The notes beneath the pieces are model-generated. The model saw nothing but the letters and a program-made list of their open reading frames with translations, ran no database searches and was not told where the DNA came from. 64,000 nucleotides of DNA from positions 3,886,452 through 3,950,451 of the forward strand of contig OY969701.1 of the NCBI GenBank assembly GCA_963702045.1. The letters run 5' to 3'. Within the stretch, counting starts at the first letter, position 1, and each line of letters starts with the position of its first letter. Made by a program: the position numbers and the translations under genes. The stretch comes from Pyrinomonadaceae bacterium (GTDB lineage Bacteria; Acidobacteriota; Blastocatellia; Pyrinomonadales; Pyrinomonadaceae). Positions 53,327 through 63,754 of the stretch are shown here, in pieces.

Positions 53327-54352
53327 ATGAAACGAATCGACGACGAAGATACGATCACACAAACTCGCGCATACGCTGCTGCGCGCGACGTAGCAATGCC
53401 CGAAATCTCTGTCTTCCTTCCTGTTTTCAACGAAGAGCCAAACCTGCGGCCGCTTCACGCAAAACTCGACGAGGCCTTAAGAGAGCTCGGTGTAACCGCC
53501 GAAATTATCTACGTGGATGACGGCTCGACCGACGGAAGCCTGGATGTGCTTCGCGGGCTTGCGCATCTGGACGGCCGTGTTCGCGTGGTGGCGCTGCGCC
53601 GCAACTACGGTCAGACCGCCGCGATGTCGGCGGGCATCGACGCTGCCAGTGGAAAAGTGTTGATCCCGATGGATGCTGACCTGCAAAACGATCCGGCGGA
53701 TATCAAGCGATTGCTGGAAAAGCTGGACGAAGGATACGACGTCGTGTCGGGATGGCGCCTGAATCGACAGGACAAGATGATCACTCGGAAAATTCCTTCG
53801 ATGCTGGCCAATCGATTGATCTCCTGGATCGGCGGGGTTCCGCTGCATGATTACGGTTGCTCGCTAAAGGCGTATCGCCGCGAGTCGATACAGGACGTGC
53901 GGCTTTACGGTGAAATGCATCGCTTCATTCCGATCTATGCCTCGTGGGTCGGCGCGCGTGTGACGGAGATTCCGGTCGAGCATCACCCGCGAACAATGGG
54001 CGAGTCAAAGTACGGTCTATCGCGTACGATCAAAGTGATCTTCGACCTGATGACGATTAAGTTTATGGCGTCGTATCAGACAAAGCCGATCTATGTCTTC
54101 GGCACGTTCGGCATGATTGCTTTTGGACTCTCGTTCATCGCGGGGCTTTGGGCCACGGTACTGAAATTCTGGAAAGGCGTCTCGTTTATCCTGACGCCGT
54201 TGCCGGTCATCACCGTGGTCATGCTGGCGATCGGAGTGCAATTTCTGATGATGGGTTTGCTGGCGGAGATGTTGGCCCGCACTTATCACGAGTCGCAGGC
54301 AAAACCGATTTATGCCGTGCGCGAGAAGCTCGGATTCAATGACGTGCGGTAG
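53327..54352 (+). CDS. family 2 glycosyltransferase, polyprenyl-phosphate sugar transferase type (GtrB/ArnC-like)
   Basis: Start moved past repeats B5 and C3 to the ATG at 53327 (alternative 53396). VFLPVFNEE, YVDDGSTDGS, PMDADLQNDP, and two C-terminal TM helices. Confidence 0.88.
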   Translation: MKRIDDEDTITQTRAYAAARDVAMPEISVFLPVFNEEPNLRPLHAKLDEALRELGVTAEIIYVDDGSTDGSLDVLRGLAHLDGRVRVVALRRNYGQTAAMSAGIDAASGKVLIPMDADLQNDPADIKRLLEKLDEGYDVVSGWRLNRQDKMITRKIPSMLANRLISWIGGVPLHDYGCSLKAYRRESIQDVRLYGEMHRFIPIYASWVGARVTEIPVEHHPRTMGESKYGLSRTIKVIFDLMTIKFMASYQTKPIYVFGTFGMIAFGLSFIAGLWATVLKFWKGVSFILTPLPVITVVMLAIGVQFLMMGLLAEMLARTYHESQAKPIYAVREKLGFNDVR

Positions 54353-54521
54353 AATGCTCGAGAATAGACCCGGACCCCCAAAGAGTCTGTGGGAAAAGCA
54401 GCCGCTTAGCGGCGAAATGTTTATAGCTCGCAACAGAAGATCAATTCTCCAGCTCCGAAGAACAAGGGCAGTTTAGGTTACTGACATTTCTGCTTAGAAG
54501 AAGACATTAGGATTTGATCTG

Positions 54522-56456
54522 ATGTGCGGAATTACCGGATGGGCAAATCTCGATGCGCGTAGACCGCCGCCGGACGGCGGACGGGAATTGCTGCATTCGA
54601 TGTGCGAACGGATGACGCACCGCGGGCCGGACTCCGAAGGGCTGTTGGTGCAAACCGGCGTCGCGCTCGGGATGCGGCGGCTGGCGATTATCGACCTGCA
54701 AACCGGCGAGCAGCCTGTCTGGAACGAAAGTCAGTCCGTAGCAGCAATCCTCAACGGCGAGATTTACAACTACCGCGAACTGCGTGCCGACCTCGAAACG
54801 CGCGGACATCGTTTCAAATCAGCATCCGACACTGAAGTCCTTCCCCACCTTTACGAAGAATACGGCGCGAACATGGTCGAACATTTGAATGGGATGTTCG
54901 CGTTCGCGTTGTGGGACGAATCACGCCGAAGACTGCTTTTGGCGCGGGATCGCTTTGGCGAAAAGCCTTTGTACTGGGGTGTGTTCGACGGCGTGTTGCT
55001 GTTCGCTTCTGAGCCGAAAGTTCTTCTCGCGCATCCGTCCGTTCGCCCGAAGCTGAATCTAGCCGCGCTTCGTCAATACCTTTCGTTCGATTACGTGCCC
55101 GCGCCGCTTTCTATTTACGAAGGCATCCAGAAGCTGCCGGCCGCGCATGCGTTGACGCTGGAAAACGGCCAGATCGCGATCGAGAATTACTGGAAGCTGA
55201 GTTACAAGACCGAACAGCCGGTCCCGGATGTTGCCGAGGCTACCGAGCATTTGAAGCAACTGCTGGGTGATTCGGTTCGCATGCGATTGGTGTCTGACGT
55301 TCCGCTTGGCGTGCTCTTGTCAGGTGGAGTGGATTCTTCGACCATCGCGGCTTTGGCCGTCAAGGCCTCGTCCGAAACGGTGAAGACGTTCTCGATCTCT
55401 TTCGCGGAAAGCTCGTTTGACGAATCGGCGTATGCTCGGGCGGTGGCGAAGTTCCTCAGTACGGATCATCACGAAGAGCGATTGAGCGTGGACCTGGCCG
55501 CGAACCTCGTCGGCGAGATCGGCTCGTGGATGGACGAGCCGTTAAGCGATCCTTCGCTGGTACCGACTTACCTGCTCTCGCGCTTCACACGCAAACACGT
55601 GACGGTGGCGCTGGGCGGCGACGGTGGCGACGAATTGTTCGCGGGTTATCCGATGTATTTTGGGCACAAGCTCGCGCAAACCTACGACAAGATTCCGCGA
55701 CCGTTGAAACGCGCGCTGATTGAACCGCTGATCAAATTGTTGCCGGTCAAGACCAAGAACATTTCATTCGACTACAAAGCGCGCAGGTTTATCGCGGGCG
55801 CCGATTACGATCAGGTCGCGCGTCATCATATTTGGTTCGGTTCGTTCATGCCGGCAGAGCACGAGTTGTTGTTAACCGACGATGTCTTGCGGTCGACCGA
55901 CGGCGACGTTTACGCGAACGCGCGACGAATGGTTGAAGAGTCGGACGCCGAGACCACTCTCGAGCGGATGCAGAATCTGGATACGCGGCTCTATCTGGCT
56001 GAAGATATTTTGACGAAGGTCGACCGCGCCAGCATGGCTGTCTCGCTCGAGGTTCGCGCGCCGTTCCTGGATCCGCGCGTTGCCGAGTTCGCGGCGTCGC
56101 TTCCGGCGAATTACAAACTGCGCGGGCGCACAACCAAGTACATTTTGAAGAAAGCAGTTGCGCCGATGTTGCCGGAGTTCGTCACTCGTCGAGGCAAGAA
56201 AGGTTTTGGAGTTCCGGTCGCGGAGTGGATCAAAGGCCCCTTGCGCCCTCTGGTTCGCGACATGCTTTCGCCCGAGCGAATGCGGCGCAGCGGACTCTTT
56301 AACGCGGATTACGTTACGCGCTTGCTGGATGAACACGAGCGCGGAATCGCCAACCATCGCAAACCGCTCTGGACGCTCCTGATGTTCGAGCTTTGGCAGG
56401 AGAGCTTCGTCGAAACCGCTCGCCGAATCGAAACGTCCTTGAGCAGCTCGCTTTAG
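54522..56456 (+). CDS. asnB: asparagine synthase (glutamine-hydrolysing) family amidotransferase
   Basis: MCGI N-terminal nucleophile, a GATase-II domain, and the PP-loop SGGVDSS. 644 aa. Probably polysaccharide-associated given its neighbours. Confidence 0.93.
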   Translation: MCGITGWANLDARRPPPDGGRELLHSMCERMTHRGPDSEGLLVQTGVALGMRRLAIIDLQTGEQPVWNESQSVAAILNGEIYNYRELRADLETRGHRFKSASDTEVLPHLYEEYGANMVEHLNGMFAFALWDESRRRLLLARDRFGEKPLYWGVFDGVLLFASEPKVLLAHPSVRPKLNLAALRQYLSFDYVPAPLSIYEGIQKLPAAHALTLENGQIAIENYWKLSYKTEQPVPDVAEATEHLKQLLGDSVRMRLVSDVPLGVLLSGGVDSSTIAALAVKASSETVKTFSISFAESSFDESAYARAVAKFLSTDHHEERLSVDLAANLVGEIGSWMDEPLSDPSLVPTYLLSRFTRKHVTVALGGDGGDELFAGYPMYFGHKLAQTYDKIPRPLKRALIEPLIKLLPVKTKNISFDYKARRFIAGADYDQVARHHIWFGSFMPAEHELLLTDDVLRSTDGDVYANARRMVEESDAETTLERMQNLDTRLYLAEDILTKVDRASMAVSLEVRAPFLDPRVAEFAASLPANYKLRGRTTKYILKKAVAPMLPEFVTRRGKKGFGVPVAEWIKGPLRPLVRDMLSPERMRRSGLFNADYVTRLLDEHERGIANHRKPLWTLLMFELWQESFVETARRIETSLSSSL

Positions 56457-56457
56457 A

Positions 56458-56552
56458 ATGTCCGACAAATGTCCGACAAGCTTTAGCTTGTCGCTGACTT
56501 GCCCAGCCTTTGAGCCGCAAAAGCCGACGACAAACTGAAGTTTGTCGGACAT
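56458..56552. repeat. Family B bipartite palindromic element
   Basis: ATGTCCGACAA + ATGTCCGACAAGCTTTAGCTTGTCG, a 35-nt spacer, CGACAAACTGAAGTTTGTCGGACAT. It starts 2 nt after the asnB stop and ends 5 nt before the next ATG. Confidence 0.9.
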
Positions 56553-56556
56553 CAAT

Positions 56557-57729
56557 ATGGAACCACTGCTGGAACGTTCGTATGAAAGTCTCGCAGAGTG
56601 GTGTCGTTCACGCGATTACGCCGGACACGATCCGTTCGATGGCTTGAACAGCCGCTTGTTTCAGGCAACTCCCTTCGCAAATTCACGCCTGGCCCGCCTG
56701 GCGTGGACCCAACTCTTCAAACGCTCGCCAATCAATTTTCGCGGTCTCGCACGCGTCCCTGCTGAATCAAACTCGAAAGGCACGGCGCTCTTTGCGCTGG
56801 CCGCGTTATCGCAGTTTCGTCGCACCCGCACCAAGAAAGCCGAAACTGAAGCGCGGCGGTTGTTGAATGACCTGCTCGCCGCGCGGCTGGCCGGCTTCAG
56901 CGGGGACGCGTGGGGTTACAACTTTGATTGGCAAGGACGCGCGTTCTTTGCGCCGAAGGGGACGCCGACGATTGTTCCGACAGCATTCGCGGTTCGCGCA
57001 TTGATTGAAGCGAGCGATGTTTTTCAGGAGAAGGAATTTCTGCAATCGGCTCGAAGCGCGTGCGATTTCATTCTGAAGGATTTGAATCGCAACGACGGGA
57101 TGGAATCGGAGTTGTGTTTCAGCTACTCGCCGATAGATCGAACCCGAGTTTTCAATGCCAGCCTGCTCGCGGCGGAATCGCTTGCCGTCGTTTCTCAAAG
57201 AACAGGCGAAAAAGAATTGACTGCCGTTGCGATTCGCGCGGCGCGATACGTAGTGCATCGTCAACGCGCCGATGGTTCGTGGGCGTACGGCGGAGCGGAT
57301 TTTCAGTCGTGGGCCGATAATTTTCACACCGCATTTGTGCTTTCGAGTCTGGTTCGAATCGCGGCGGCGTGTGACTCTCAGGACGAATTCGGTGATGCGA
57401 TACAACGCGGTTACGAGTTCTGGCGGAAGAGCTTCTTTCTTGCTGAGGGTTGGCCGAAATACTACCATGACCGCCTTTATCCGGTTGATGCGCATTCCGC
57501 CGGGGCGGCCATCGCAACCTTGCTTGATTTGAAATCGATTGACAACGGCGCAATTGACTTCGCGCGAACCGTAACGACGTGGTCGATCAATCATCTACAG
57601 GACCCGGCCGGTTACTTCTACTATCAACGCCGTAGCTTTCACACCGTCCGCACGCCATACATGCGCTGGTCCCAGGCGTGGATGATGTACGCCATGTCCA
57701 GATTGCTTGAAGAGAGCAAGCAACTCTGA
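56557..57729 (+). CDS. hypothetical protein, possibly an (alpha/alpha)6-toroid fold, polysaccharide-cluster associated
   Basis: Start set at MEPLLERS (the listed MSDIN is repeat-derived). Normal composition compared with the Arg-rich antisense 262-aa ORF. Contains ADGSWAYGG and helix-rich periodicity. Family not recognised. Confidence 0.7.
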   Translation: MEPLLERSYESLAEWCRSRDYAGHDPFDGLNSRLFQATPFANSRLARLAWTQLFKRSPINFRGLARVPAESNSKGTALFALAALSQFRRTRTKKAETEARRLLNDLLAARLAGFSGDAWGYNFDWQGRAFFAPKGTPTIVPTAFAVRALIEASDVFQEKEFLQSARSACDFILKDLNRNDGMESELCFSYSPIDRTRVFNASLLAAESLAVVSQRTGEKELTAVAIRAARYVVHRQRADGSWAYGGADFQSWADNFHTAFVLSSLVRIAAACDSQDEFGDAIQRGYEFWRKSFFLAEGWPKYYHDRLYPVDAHSAGAAIATLLDLKSIDNGAIDFARTVTTWSINHLQDPAGYFYYQRRSFHTVRTPYMRWSQAWMMYAMSRLLEESKQL

Positions 57730-58019
57730 ACGTGTCCGCCTCGCATTCACTGTGACAAGTCCGAAATTCGAAAGAAAACTTGACGAGTTGTCTCAGGACG
57801 TTTTGGCCGCCCTCGACTCTATTCGCGGTCACGCGACAGCCGGGAGTAAGAGAACTTACGTCTATCTCGTTACCACTTCTCCGGATATAACAGGTGAGCG
57901 CAGGAGAGTGATGCGGCCGATCAATGACTGGGGGATATTCGGTACTTCCGCAAACCGACAGCTGCGAATACGGCGAGTTTCTCAACCGCAAAGCGTTAAC
58001 CGTTCATGTGTCCACGGTG

Positions 58020-58290
58020 CTTTGCCTCAAAAGTCCGCTTGTAACGCAGTTCTCAGAGAATCGGAAATGAATTTAACTCCGAAGGAGTTCGCTAATTTCA
58101 GCCCAGGGTTTCCTACCCCGGGTCAGTTTGCCAGCGCTGAACTCCTAACTCTGAAAGAGTTCCATCCGGTTCCTTAACTCTTTCAGAGTAAGCAGGACCT
58201 TAACCGCGTTGTTCCCCGGGGTAGGAAACCCTGGGCTGAAATTAGCCAACACCTTTGGTGTTAAATCTCTTCCAGACTTTTGAGGCAAAG
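58020..58290. repeat. 271-bp composite nested palindrome
   Basis: Outer arms CTTTGCCTCAAAAGTC / GACTTTTGAGGCAAAG. Inner arms of about 54 nt (..GCTAATTTCAGCCCAGGGTTTCCTACCCCGGG and its complement). Central hairpin ACTCTGAAAGAGTT..AACTCTTTCAGAGT. Confidence 0.85.
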
Positions 58291-58429
58291 CATCGCGGGG
58301 CAAACCGCTTACCCCCTCTCTGTTAGCCAATCTGAAAATCATCATAAAATGACACAGCATTTTGAAAGAGACTTCTCTTAAATAGTATCTTTCTGACGAC
58401 AGGTCGAGTTAGAACGGAGTTAATCAAAA

Positions 58430-61288
58430 ATGAGTAGCGCTGGTCAAAACGGTTCGCGTGTACAAGTTTGGTGGGTGATCGTCGTGATTACGCTCGCGGG
58501 GTTTCTCTTTCTAAGCCGCTCTGCACAATTGCAGCCAAACGCAACGCCTGACTCGCCTGCGCCGGACCAGAATCTCACGCTGGGGAAACTGGCTTATGCG
58601 AAATCTGTCTCATTTTTTATGGGCGGCGCCATTTACCTTTTCACCAGCAATGCCGACGGCACGGGCGAGACGGCTCGAACCGAATTCCCCCCGCACCTCC
58701 CGACTCAGCCCTCCTGGTCGCCGGATGGTAACAAGATTGCTTTTGCCAGTTTCAACGAGATCTTCGCGGTGAACATCAGCGGAGGCATCGTCAATCTCAC
58801 CAACTCCATGTCGAGCGAAACCGATCCATCGTGGTCTTCGACTGACAAGATCGCCTACGAAAACCTCGGTCAGATTTGGACGATGAACGGCGACGGCACC
58901 AACCAGGCGCCGTTTAGCGCCATAACCCGGCCAACGCCGACAGATCCTGCGTGGTCACCGGACGGCTCTAAACTAGCTTTTGTCAGCGGCGGAGATATCT
59001 ACGTCATCAACGCAAACGGGACGGGTGAGGTACCCGTCACAACCGGGACGGCGACCGACAGCGATCCGGCGTGGTCGCCCGACGGATTGCGGATCGCATT
59101 TGGCCGTGCCGGGTCGAGCATTTTTGTCATCAATCTGGATGGCTCGAACGAGCTGAACCTCTCCGGAGGTGCGGATGACAGAGAACCAGCCTGGTCCCTG
59201 GATAACGCAAAAATCGCTTTCGTCAAAAAAGGAACAAACGCCGACGGCATTTACCTGATGAACCCCGACGGCACCAACCAAGTTCGTGCCATCGCCGATG
59301 TGCAAACATCGCTGGGAAACCGGAACAACTCTCCGGCATGGCAGCCGGTGGCGATGACGCCCGGCACTTTCACGATTAGCGGTCGGATAACGCGCAGCGG
59401 CGCGAGCTCGAGCGGGGTGACTGTCAATCTCACCGGTTCCGCGGCGGCTTCGACAGTTACTGACGCGCTTGGCAATTATCAGTTCAGCAATCTTCCCGCA
59501 GGCGGCGATTACATGGTGCGCCCGGTTTTGGCCAACCACAATTTCTCTCCGATTAATCACATCTTTAATGGTCTCAACACCAATCGGATTGCCGACTTTG
59601 CCGCTGGAGAAATTTGTCTTGGCTCGAACTGCGGGGCCAACGGCAAGATTGCTTTTGTGCGTGACTTCGCAGAGATCTACATCATGAACCAGGACGGCAC
59701 GAACCAGATCAACCTGACGAACAACGCCGCGACCGATACAGAGCCCGCGTTCTCGCCGGACGGATCGAAAATAGCTTTCACCAGCGACCGCGACGGCAAT
59801 TCTGAGGTTTATGTGATGAATGCCAACGGCAGCGGCGTGACTCGGTTGACCTTTGAAACGGCGAATGACAGTTCGCCAACTTACTCGCCGGACGGAAGCA
59901 AAATCACGTTTGCCAGTTCGCGAGACGGCAACAGCGAGATCTACACGATGAATGCCGACGGCACCAATCAGGTCAGACGCACCAGCAACACTACGTTTGA
60001 CGGGTCTCCGTCGTATTCGCCGGACGGCAACAAGATACTGTACGTCGGGACCTCGGCGCCGAACCGCGACCTGTTCACGATGAATTCCGATGGCTCAAGT
60101 CCAGCTAATTTGACCAACCAGCCGGGCTTTTACACCAGACCGTTCTACTCGCCGGACGCCAGCAAGATTATCTTTATCTACGGCGGTGACGTAACGGCGC
60201 AGACGAATTGGGTGATGAATGCGAACGGCACAAACCGAAGGACGCTGGCCAACGGAGGCGACGGCGGAGGAAAGTTCTCGCCGGATGGACGAAAGGTCGT
60301 TTGGTCCTGCTGTAACACAAGCCCGACGTTTAGCGGGCTCTTCATGGGAACCGCCAAGACGAGTGAGATGGTGCGTCTGACGACTGGACAGGACAGGCTG
60401 CCCGATTGGCAGCCCATTCGCCCGGTGCGACCAACCGCCTTTGATTTTGACGGCGACGGGCTGGCAGATGTCGGCGTTTACCGTCCTGGCGCAAACGCCA
60501 GCGCGCCGAGTTTTTGGTACGTCCTGCGCAGCTCTAACAACACGTTTATCGGCGAGCAGTTTGGTTCCGGTGAAGACAAGATCGTACCCGCTGATTTTAA
60601 CGGCGACCTGGTGACGGAAATCGCGGTCTGGCGGCCTTCGACTGGGACCTGGTACACGTCTCTAAATCCAGCCATCAACTATGGCGCGTTTCAGTGGGGC
60701 ACATCCGGAGACATTCCCGTGCCCGGCGATTTTGATGGTGATGGCCGCGCCGACTTTGCCGTCTTTCGTCCAAGCAACGGCCACTGGTACATCCTAAGAA
60801 GCTCGGAGGGATCCTTCGTATTCCAGCAATTCGGCCAAAACGGAGATAAGCCGCTGATCGGCGATTTCGACGGCGACGGCGCGTCTGATCTGGCTTACGT
60901 CAGAATCGGGGGGCCGGATCTATCCTGGAATATTCTGCAAAGCTCGAACGGAGCGGTCGTGTCACAACTCTTCGGACTCGCAAATGATAAAGCGACGACG
61001 ATGGATTTTGACGGCGATGGCCGTGCCAACATCGCGGTCTTCCGTCCGTCGACCGGCCGCTGGTACACGTCGACTAATCCCGCAACCAATTACGGCGAAG
61101 TGCACTGGGGGCAGAATGGCGACACGCCCGCGGCAGCAGACTTTGACGGCGATGGCAGGGGCGACGTTTCTGTCTTTCGACCATCGATTGGCTCGTGGTT
61201 TATTTACAGGAGTTCGAATGGCGGGATTGTAAGCCAGCAGTGGGGCGCGAACGGGGACCTGCCGGTCGAGGCGGCGTATGTACCGTAG
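58430..61288 (+). CDS. membrane-anchored multi-propeller protein: two TolB-like PD40 propellers, a CarboxypepD_reg-like domain, and C-terminal FG-GAP/VCBS-like repeats
   Basis: N-terminal TM segment. Repeated (D/E)P(A/S)WSPDGxKIAF. [37 protein letters not shown] second PD40 set ([23 protein letters not shown]). From about 60440 there are six repeats of about 44-48 aa, FDGDGxxDxAVFRPSxGxWY. Confidence 0.9.
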   Translation: MSSAGQNGSRVQVWWVIVVITLAGFLFLSRSAQLQPNATPDSPAPDQNLTLGKLAYAKSVSFFMGGAIYLFTSNADGTGETARTEFPPHLPTQPSWSPDGNKIAFASFNEIFAVNISGGIVNLTNSMSSETDPSWSSTDKIAYENLGQIWTMNGDGTNQAPFSAITRPTPTDPAWSPDGSKLAFVSGGDIYVINANGTGEVPVTTGTATDSDPAWSPDGLRIAFGRAGSSIFVINLDGSNELNLSGGADDREPAWSLDNAKIAFVKKGTNADGIYLMNPDGTNQVRAIADVQTSLGNRNNSPAWQPVAMTPGTFTISGRITRSGASSSGVTVNLTGSAAASTVTDALGNYQFSNLPAGGDYMVRPVLANHNFSPINHIFNGLNTNRIADFAAGEICLGSNCGANGKIAFVRDFAEIYIMNQDGTNQINLTNNAATDTEPAFSPDGSKIAFTSDRDGNSEVYVMNANGSGVTRLTFETANDSSPTYSPDGSKITFASSRDGNSEIYTMNADGTNQVRRTSNTTFDGSPSYSPDGNKILYVGTSAPNRDLFTMNSDGSSPANLTNQPGFYTRPFYSPDASKIIFIYGGDVTAQTNWVMNANGTNRRTLANGGDGGGKFSPDGRKVVWSCCNTSPTFSGLFMGTAKTSEMVRLTTGQDRLPDWQPIRPVRPTAFDFDGDGLADVGVYRPGANASAPSFWYVLRSSNNTFIGEQFGSGEDKIVPADFNGDLVTEIAVWRPSTGTWYTSLNPAINYGAFQWGTSGDIPVPGDFDGDGRADFAVFRPSNGHWYILRSSEGSFVFQQFGQNGDKPLIGDFDGDGASDLAYVRIGGPDLSWNILQSSNGAVVSQLFGLANDKATTMDFDGDGRANIAVFRPSTGRWYTSTNPATNYGEVHWGQNGDTPAAADFDGDGRGDVSVFRPSIGSWFIYRSSNGGIVSQQWGANGDLPVEAAYVP

Positions 61289-61451
61289 GTTTATTCTAAG
61301 TCTTATTTTTGAAGGCCATGTCCGTTGCTACCAAGTCGGAAGATGACAACGAAAAGGGACATTACCGGAGGCGTCGGACTGAATTGGGTGTCGGACAGTG
61401 CGCAAGAAAAGACAGGAAGGGCTTAGTTTCTATACTAACGGTGTGTAAACA

Positions 61452-61476
61452 AAAGCCGCCTTGTAAAGACGGCTTT
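61452..61476. terminator. hairpin between convergent genes (possible bidirectional terminator)
   Basis: AAAGCCGCC-TTGTAAA-GACGGCTTT with flanking A- and T-rich runs (ACAAAA / CCTCGTTATTTTT). Confidence 0.4.
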
Positions 61477-61503
61477 CCTCGTTATTTTTCTGAGCGATTC
61501 TTA

Positions 61504-62124
61504 CTACGGCGCCACAGGATAACTCGGCCCCTTGAGAAGAGTTTGATCAGGCTCTCCCCACTCTACTCGAACTCCTTCCGTAACATATATCGCCTGCCCT
61601 TCCGAGTAAATCACCAGCTTAAGCGGTGCGTTTCCGAATTCAGGAGCAAAATAAGCGTCCGATGAGGGCAGCCCGCTTGCCTCATCCATTACGCGGTGAA
61701 CGTAGGTTGTGTATCCCAGAACCTTATCCGTTCTGACAAATTGAGGGTTTAAGCGCAGTCCTTCAGCAGTCGGCAAGGGAGCGTCTACACCAGCAGGCGA
61801 CATGTTCTTATTTTGATACAACAATTTGTCTTTGGAACTGACAGTAAAGAACCCACGCCCGCGCTCAAAGAAAGATTCTCTTACGACGCCGTTGGCCTCG
61901 ACGTGAACGGCACGAAAATTACCACTGGATGAGACATATCGGACTTCCTGTGACACAATTTCGCTGCTGTCCTTAGGATTGATGCGAGTGACCTGACTGT
62001 GCAACGTAAAGGCCACGGTGGATTTAGCATTAGCCACTGTCCCCAGTTTCCGTCTTGCAACGACACCTGCTCCGACGGCAAGTCCCATCAATAACATTAT
62101 CGAAACAACAGATTTAGCTTTCAT
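61504..62124 (-). CDS. hypothetical protein with N-terminal signal/anchor
   Basis: MKAKSVVSIMLLMGLAVGAGVVA. AGGAGG lies 12 nt upstream of the ATG at 62124 (alternative GTG at 62133). 206 aa of normal composition. No motif recognised. Confidence 0.6.
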   Translation of the reverse strand: MKAKSVVSIMLLMGLAVGAGVVARRKLGTVANAKSTVAFTLHSQVTRINPKDSSEIVSQEVRYVSSSGNFRAVHVEANGVVRESFFERGRGFFTVSSKDKLLYQNKNMSPAGVDAPLPTAEGLRLNPQFVRTDKVLGYTTYVHRVMDEASGLPSSDAYFAPEFGNAPLKLVIYSEGQAIYVTEGVRVEWGEPDQTLLKGPSYPVAP

Positions 62125-62155
62125 GCTTATCACTTGCCTCCTTTATTCTGTGGAG

Positions 62156-62448
62156 CTAAAAATTGCACGAAGGATTAGAGCAGTCACGCACAGTATAACC
62201 TCCGTATGTGGGACCATAGCAGGCATAGTAGACATAGTAACAGCAAAGTCCGCCTGGATACTCACTCTGGCAGGTACAGCCGCTGATACATGCCTCGTAC
62301 ATTATTTCAAGCGATTGGCAATTGCTATGGTTCCGCTCGGGCAACCCTGTGCCGATGCTCTTTGTGGAAACAGAAATCCTGCGACGAATGACGCTGAGAT
62401 AAGCAATAGAGCCAAAGCTAAGTGTTTTCTAGTTCTCGTGAGGTGCAT
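62156..62448 (-). CDS. candidate secreted Cys-rich peptide split over two frames (signal-peptide ORF 62302..62448; Cys-rich ORF 62156..62344)
   Basis: GAAGGA Shine-Dalgarno sequence, then ATG at 62448 gives MHLTRTRKHLALALLLISASFVAGFLFPQRASAQGCPSGTIAIANRLK-stop. The overlapping -1 frame gives ..LPERNHSNCQSLEIMYEACISGCTCQSEYPGGLCCYYVYYACYGPTYGGYTVRDCSNPSCNF (9 Cys). Confidence 0.4.
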
Positions 62449-62643
62449 CTTATTCCTTCTGGCTAATTGTCAACAACTCGTATATTGGTGGGCGAATCTT
62501 AGCACAACGCCAAGACTATTCCCATAGAAGTTTGATCCGGGGCGAAGACAAAAAGGGGATGGTTGGAAAGTAGTGTACAGTGCGCTTTCGAGAATATTTC
62601 ACGCACTCGACTGATCACTTCGTCGCTCGTCGCTGTCCTTACT

Positions 62644-63666
62644 ATGCTTATCTGGATTGACCTGGCAAATTCACCGCACGTTCCCTTCTTTCGCGCGCTG
62701 ATACCTGAGTTTGAAAAGCGCGGTCATCGGATTGAGGTCACGGCGCGGCGTTATGCCCAGACGGTTGAGCTGGCTGAAGCAGCTGGGTTGTCGCCTACGA
62801 TAATCGGACAGCATGGCGGTGGGAAACTTGCCGGCAAGGCGTCGAACTTGATAGGCCGCACGGCCGCGCTTGCGCGATGGGCGCGTGGGCGCGGGATCGA
62901 TCTCGCGGTGAGTCACAATTCCTACTCGCAAACATTGGCCGCGCGCGCGGTAGGCATCAAGTCCGTGACTTTGATGGATTACGAACACCAGCCCGCGAAT
63001 CACCTGGCGTTTCGTTTTGCCTCGCGCGTGATCGTGCCGCGCGCATTTCCCGACGAAGCGCTGCGACGTTTCGGCGCAGGCCAGAAGCGAGTCCGCCGGT
63101 ATGACGGAACTAAAGAAGATGTTTACCTGGCTGACTTCTCCGCCGACTCGGGCTTTTCGAAAATTTTAGACGATCTCGGAATCAGCAACGAAGATGTTCT
63201 GGTGATTGTGCGACCTCCCGCTCATCAAGCTCTCTATCATCGGTTTGAGAACGAGTTGTTTGACGAGCTTATCGAGAAACTGTGTGCGCGCGCAGATGTG
63301 AAGCTGATCCTGCTTGCTCGAGACGAAGCGCAGCGCGAGCTTTTTGCAAACCGAGATTGTGCCAATCTAATAATTCCTGATCGCGCGCTGGATGGAGCAA
63401 ACCTGATTACCGCCGCCGATCTGGTCATCAGCGCTGGTGGCACCATGAATCGAGAAGCCGCCGCGCTCGGCGTGCCGGCCGCGACGATCTACGCGGGTAA
63501 ATGGGCGGCGATCGATGAAATGCTTGTGACGGAAGGCAGGCTGCGACGCATAAACTCGCGGGAAGATTTGGCCCATCTCAAGGTGGCGAAGAAGAACGCC
63601 GCCGCAGTTGCCCGTCGTGCGGCGGGCGTTCGTGATCAAGTTGCAGATTTGATACTCAGCGCCTAA
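62644..63666 (+). CDS. DUF354-family protein (glycosyltransferase/epimerase-like fold)
   Basis: MLIWIDLANSPHVPFFRALIPEFEKRGHRIEVTAR start is typical of DUF354. GT-B-like C-terminal ISAGGTMNREAAALGVP. Start moved to the internal ATG at 62644. Confidence 0.8.
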   Translation: MLIWIDLANSPHVPFFRALIPEFEKRGHRIEVTARRYAQTVELAEAAGLSPTIIGQHGGGKLAGKASNLIGRTAALARWARGRGIDLAVSHNSYSQTLAARAVGIKSVTLMDYEHQPANHLAFRFASRVIVPRAFPDEALRRFGAGQKRVRRYDGTKEDVYLADFSADSGFSKILDDLGISNEDVLVIVRPPAHQALYHRFENELFDELIEKLCARADVKLILLARDEAQRELFANRDCANLIIPDRALDGANLITAADLVISAGGTMNREAAALGVPAATIYAGKWAAIDEMLVTEGRLRRINSREDLAHLKVAKKNAAAVARRAAGVRDQVADLILSA

Positions 63667-63754
63667 AGCGAATAGACTTGGCTCCTGGCTATTGAGCGCT
63701 CATGACAAGCCCGAGATGATCTGACGATTGAGAGCTGAACGAATCAAGAAGAGT

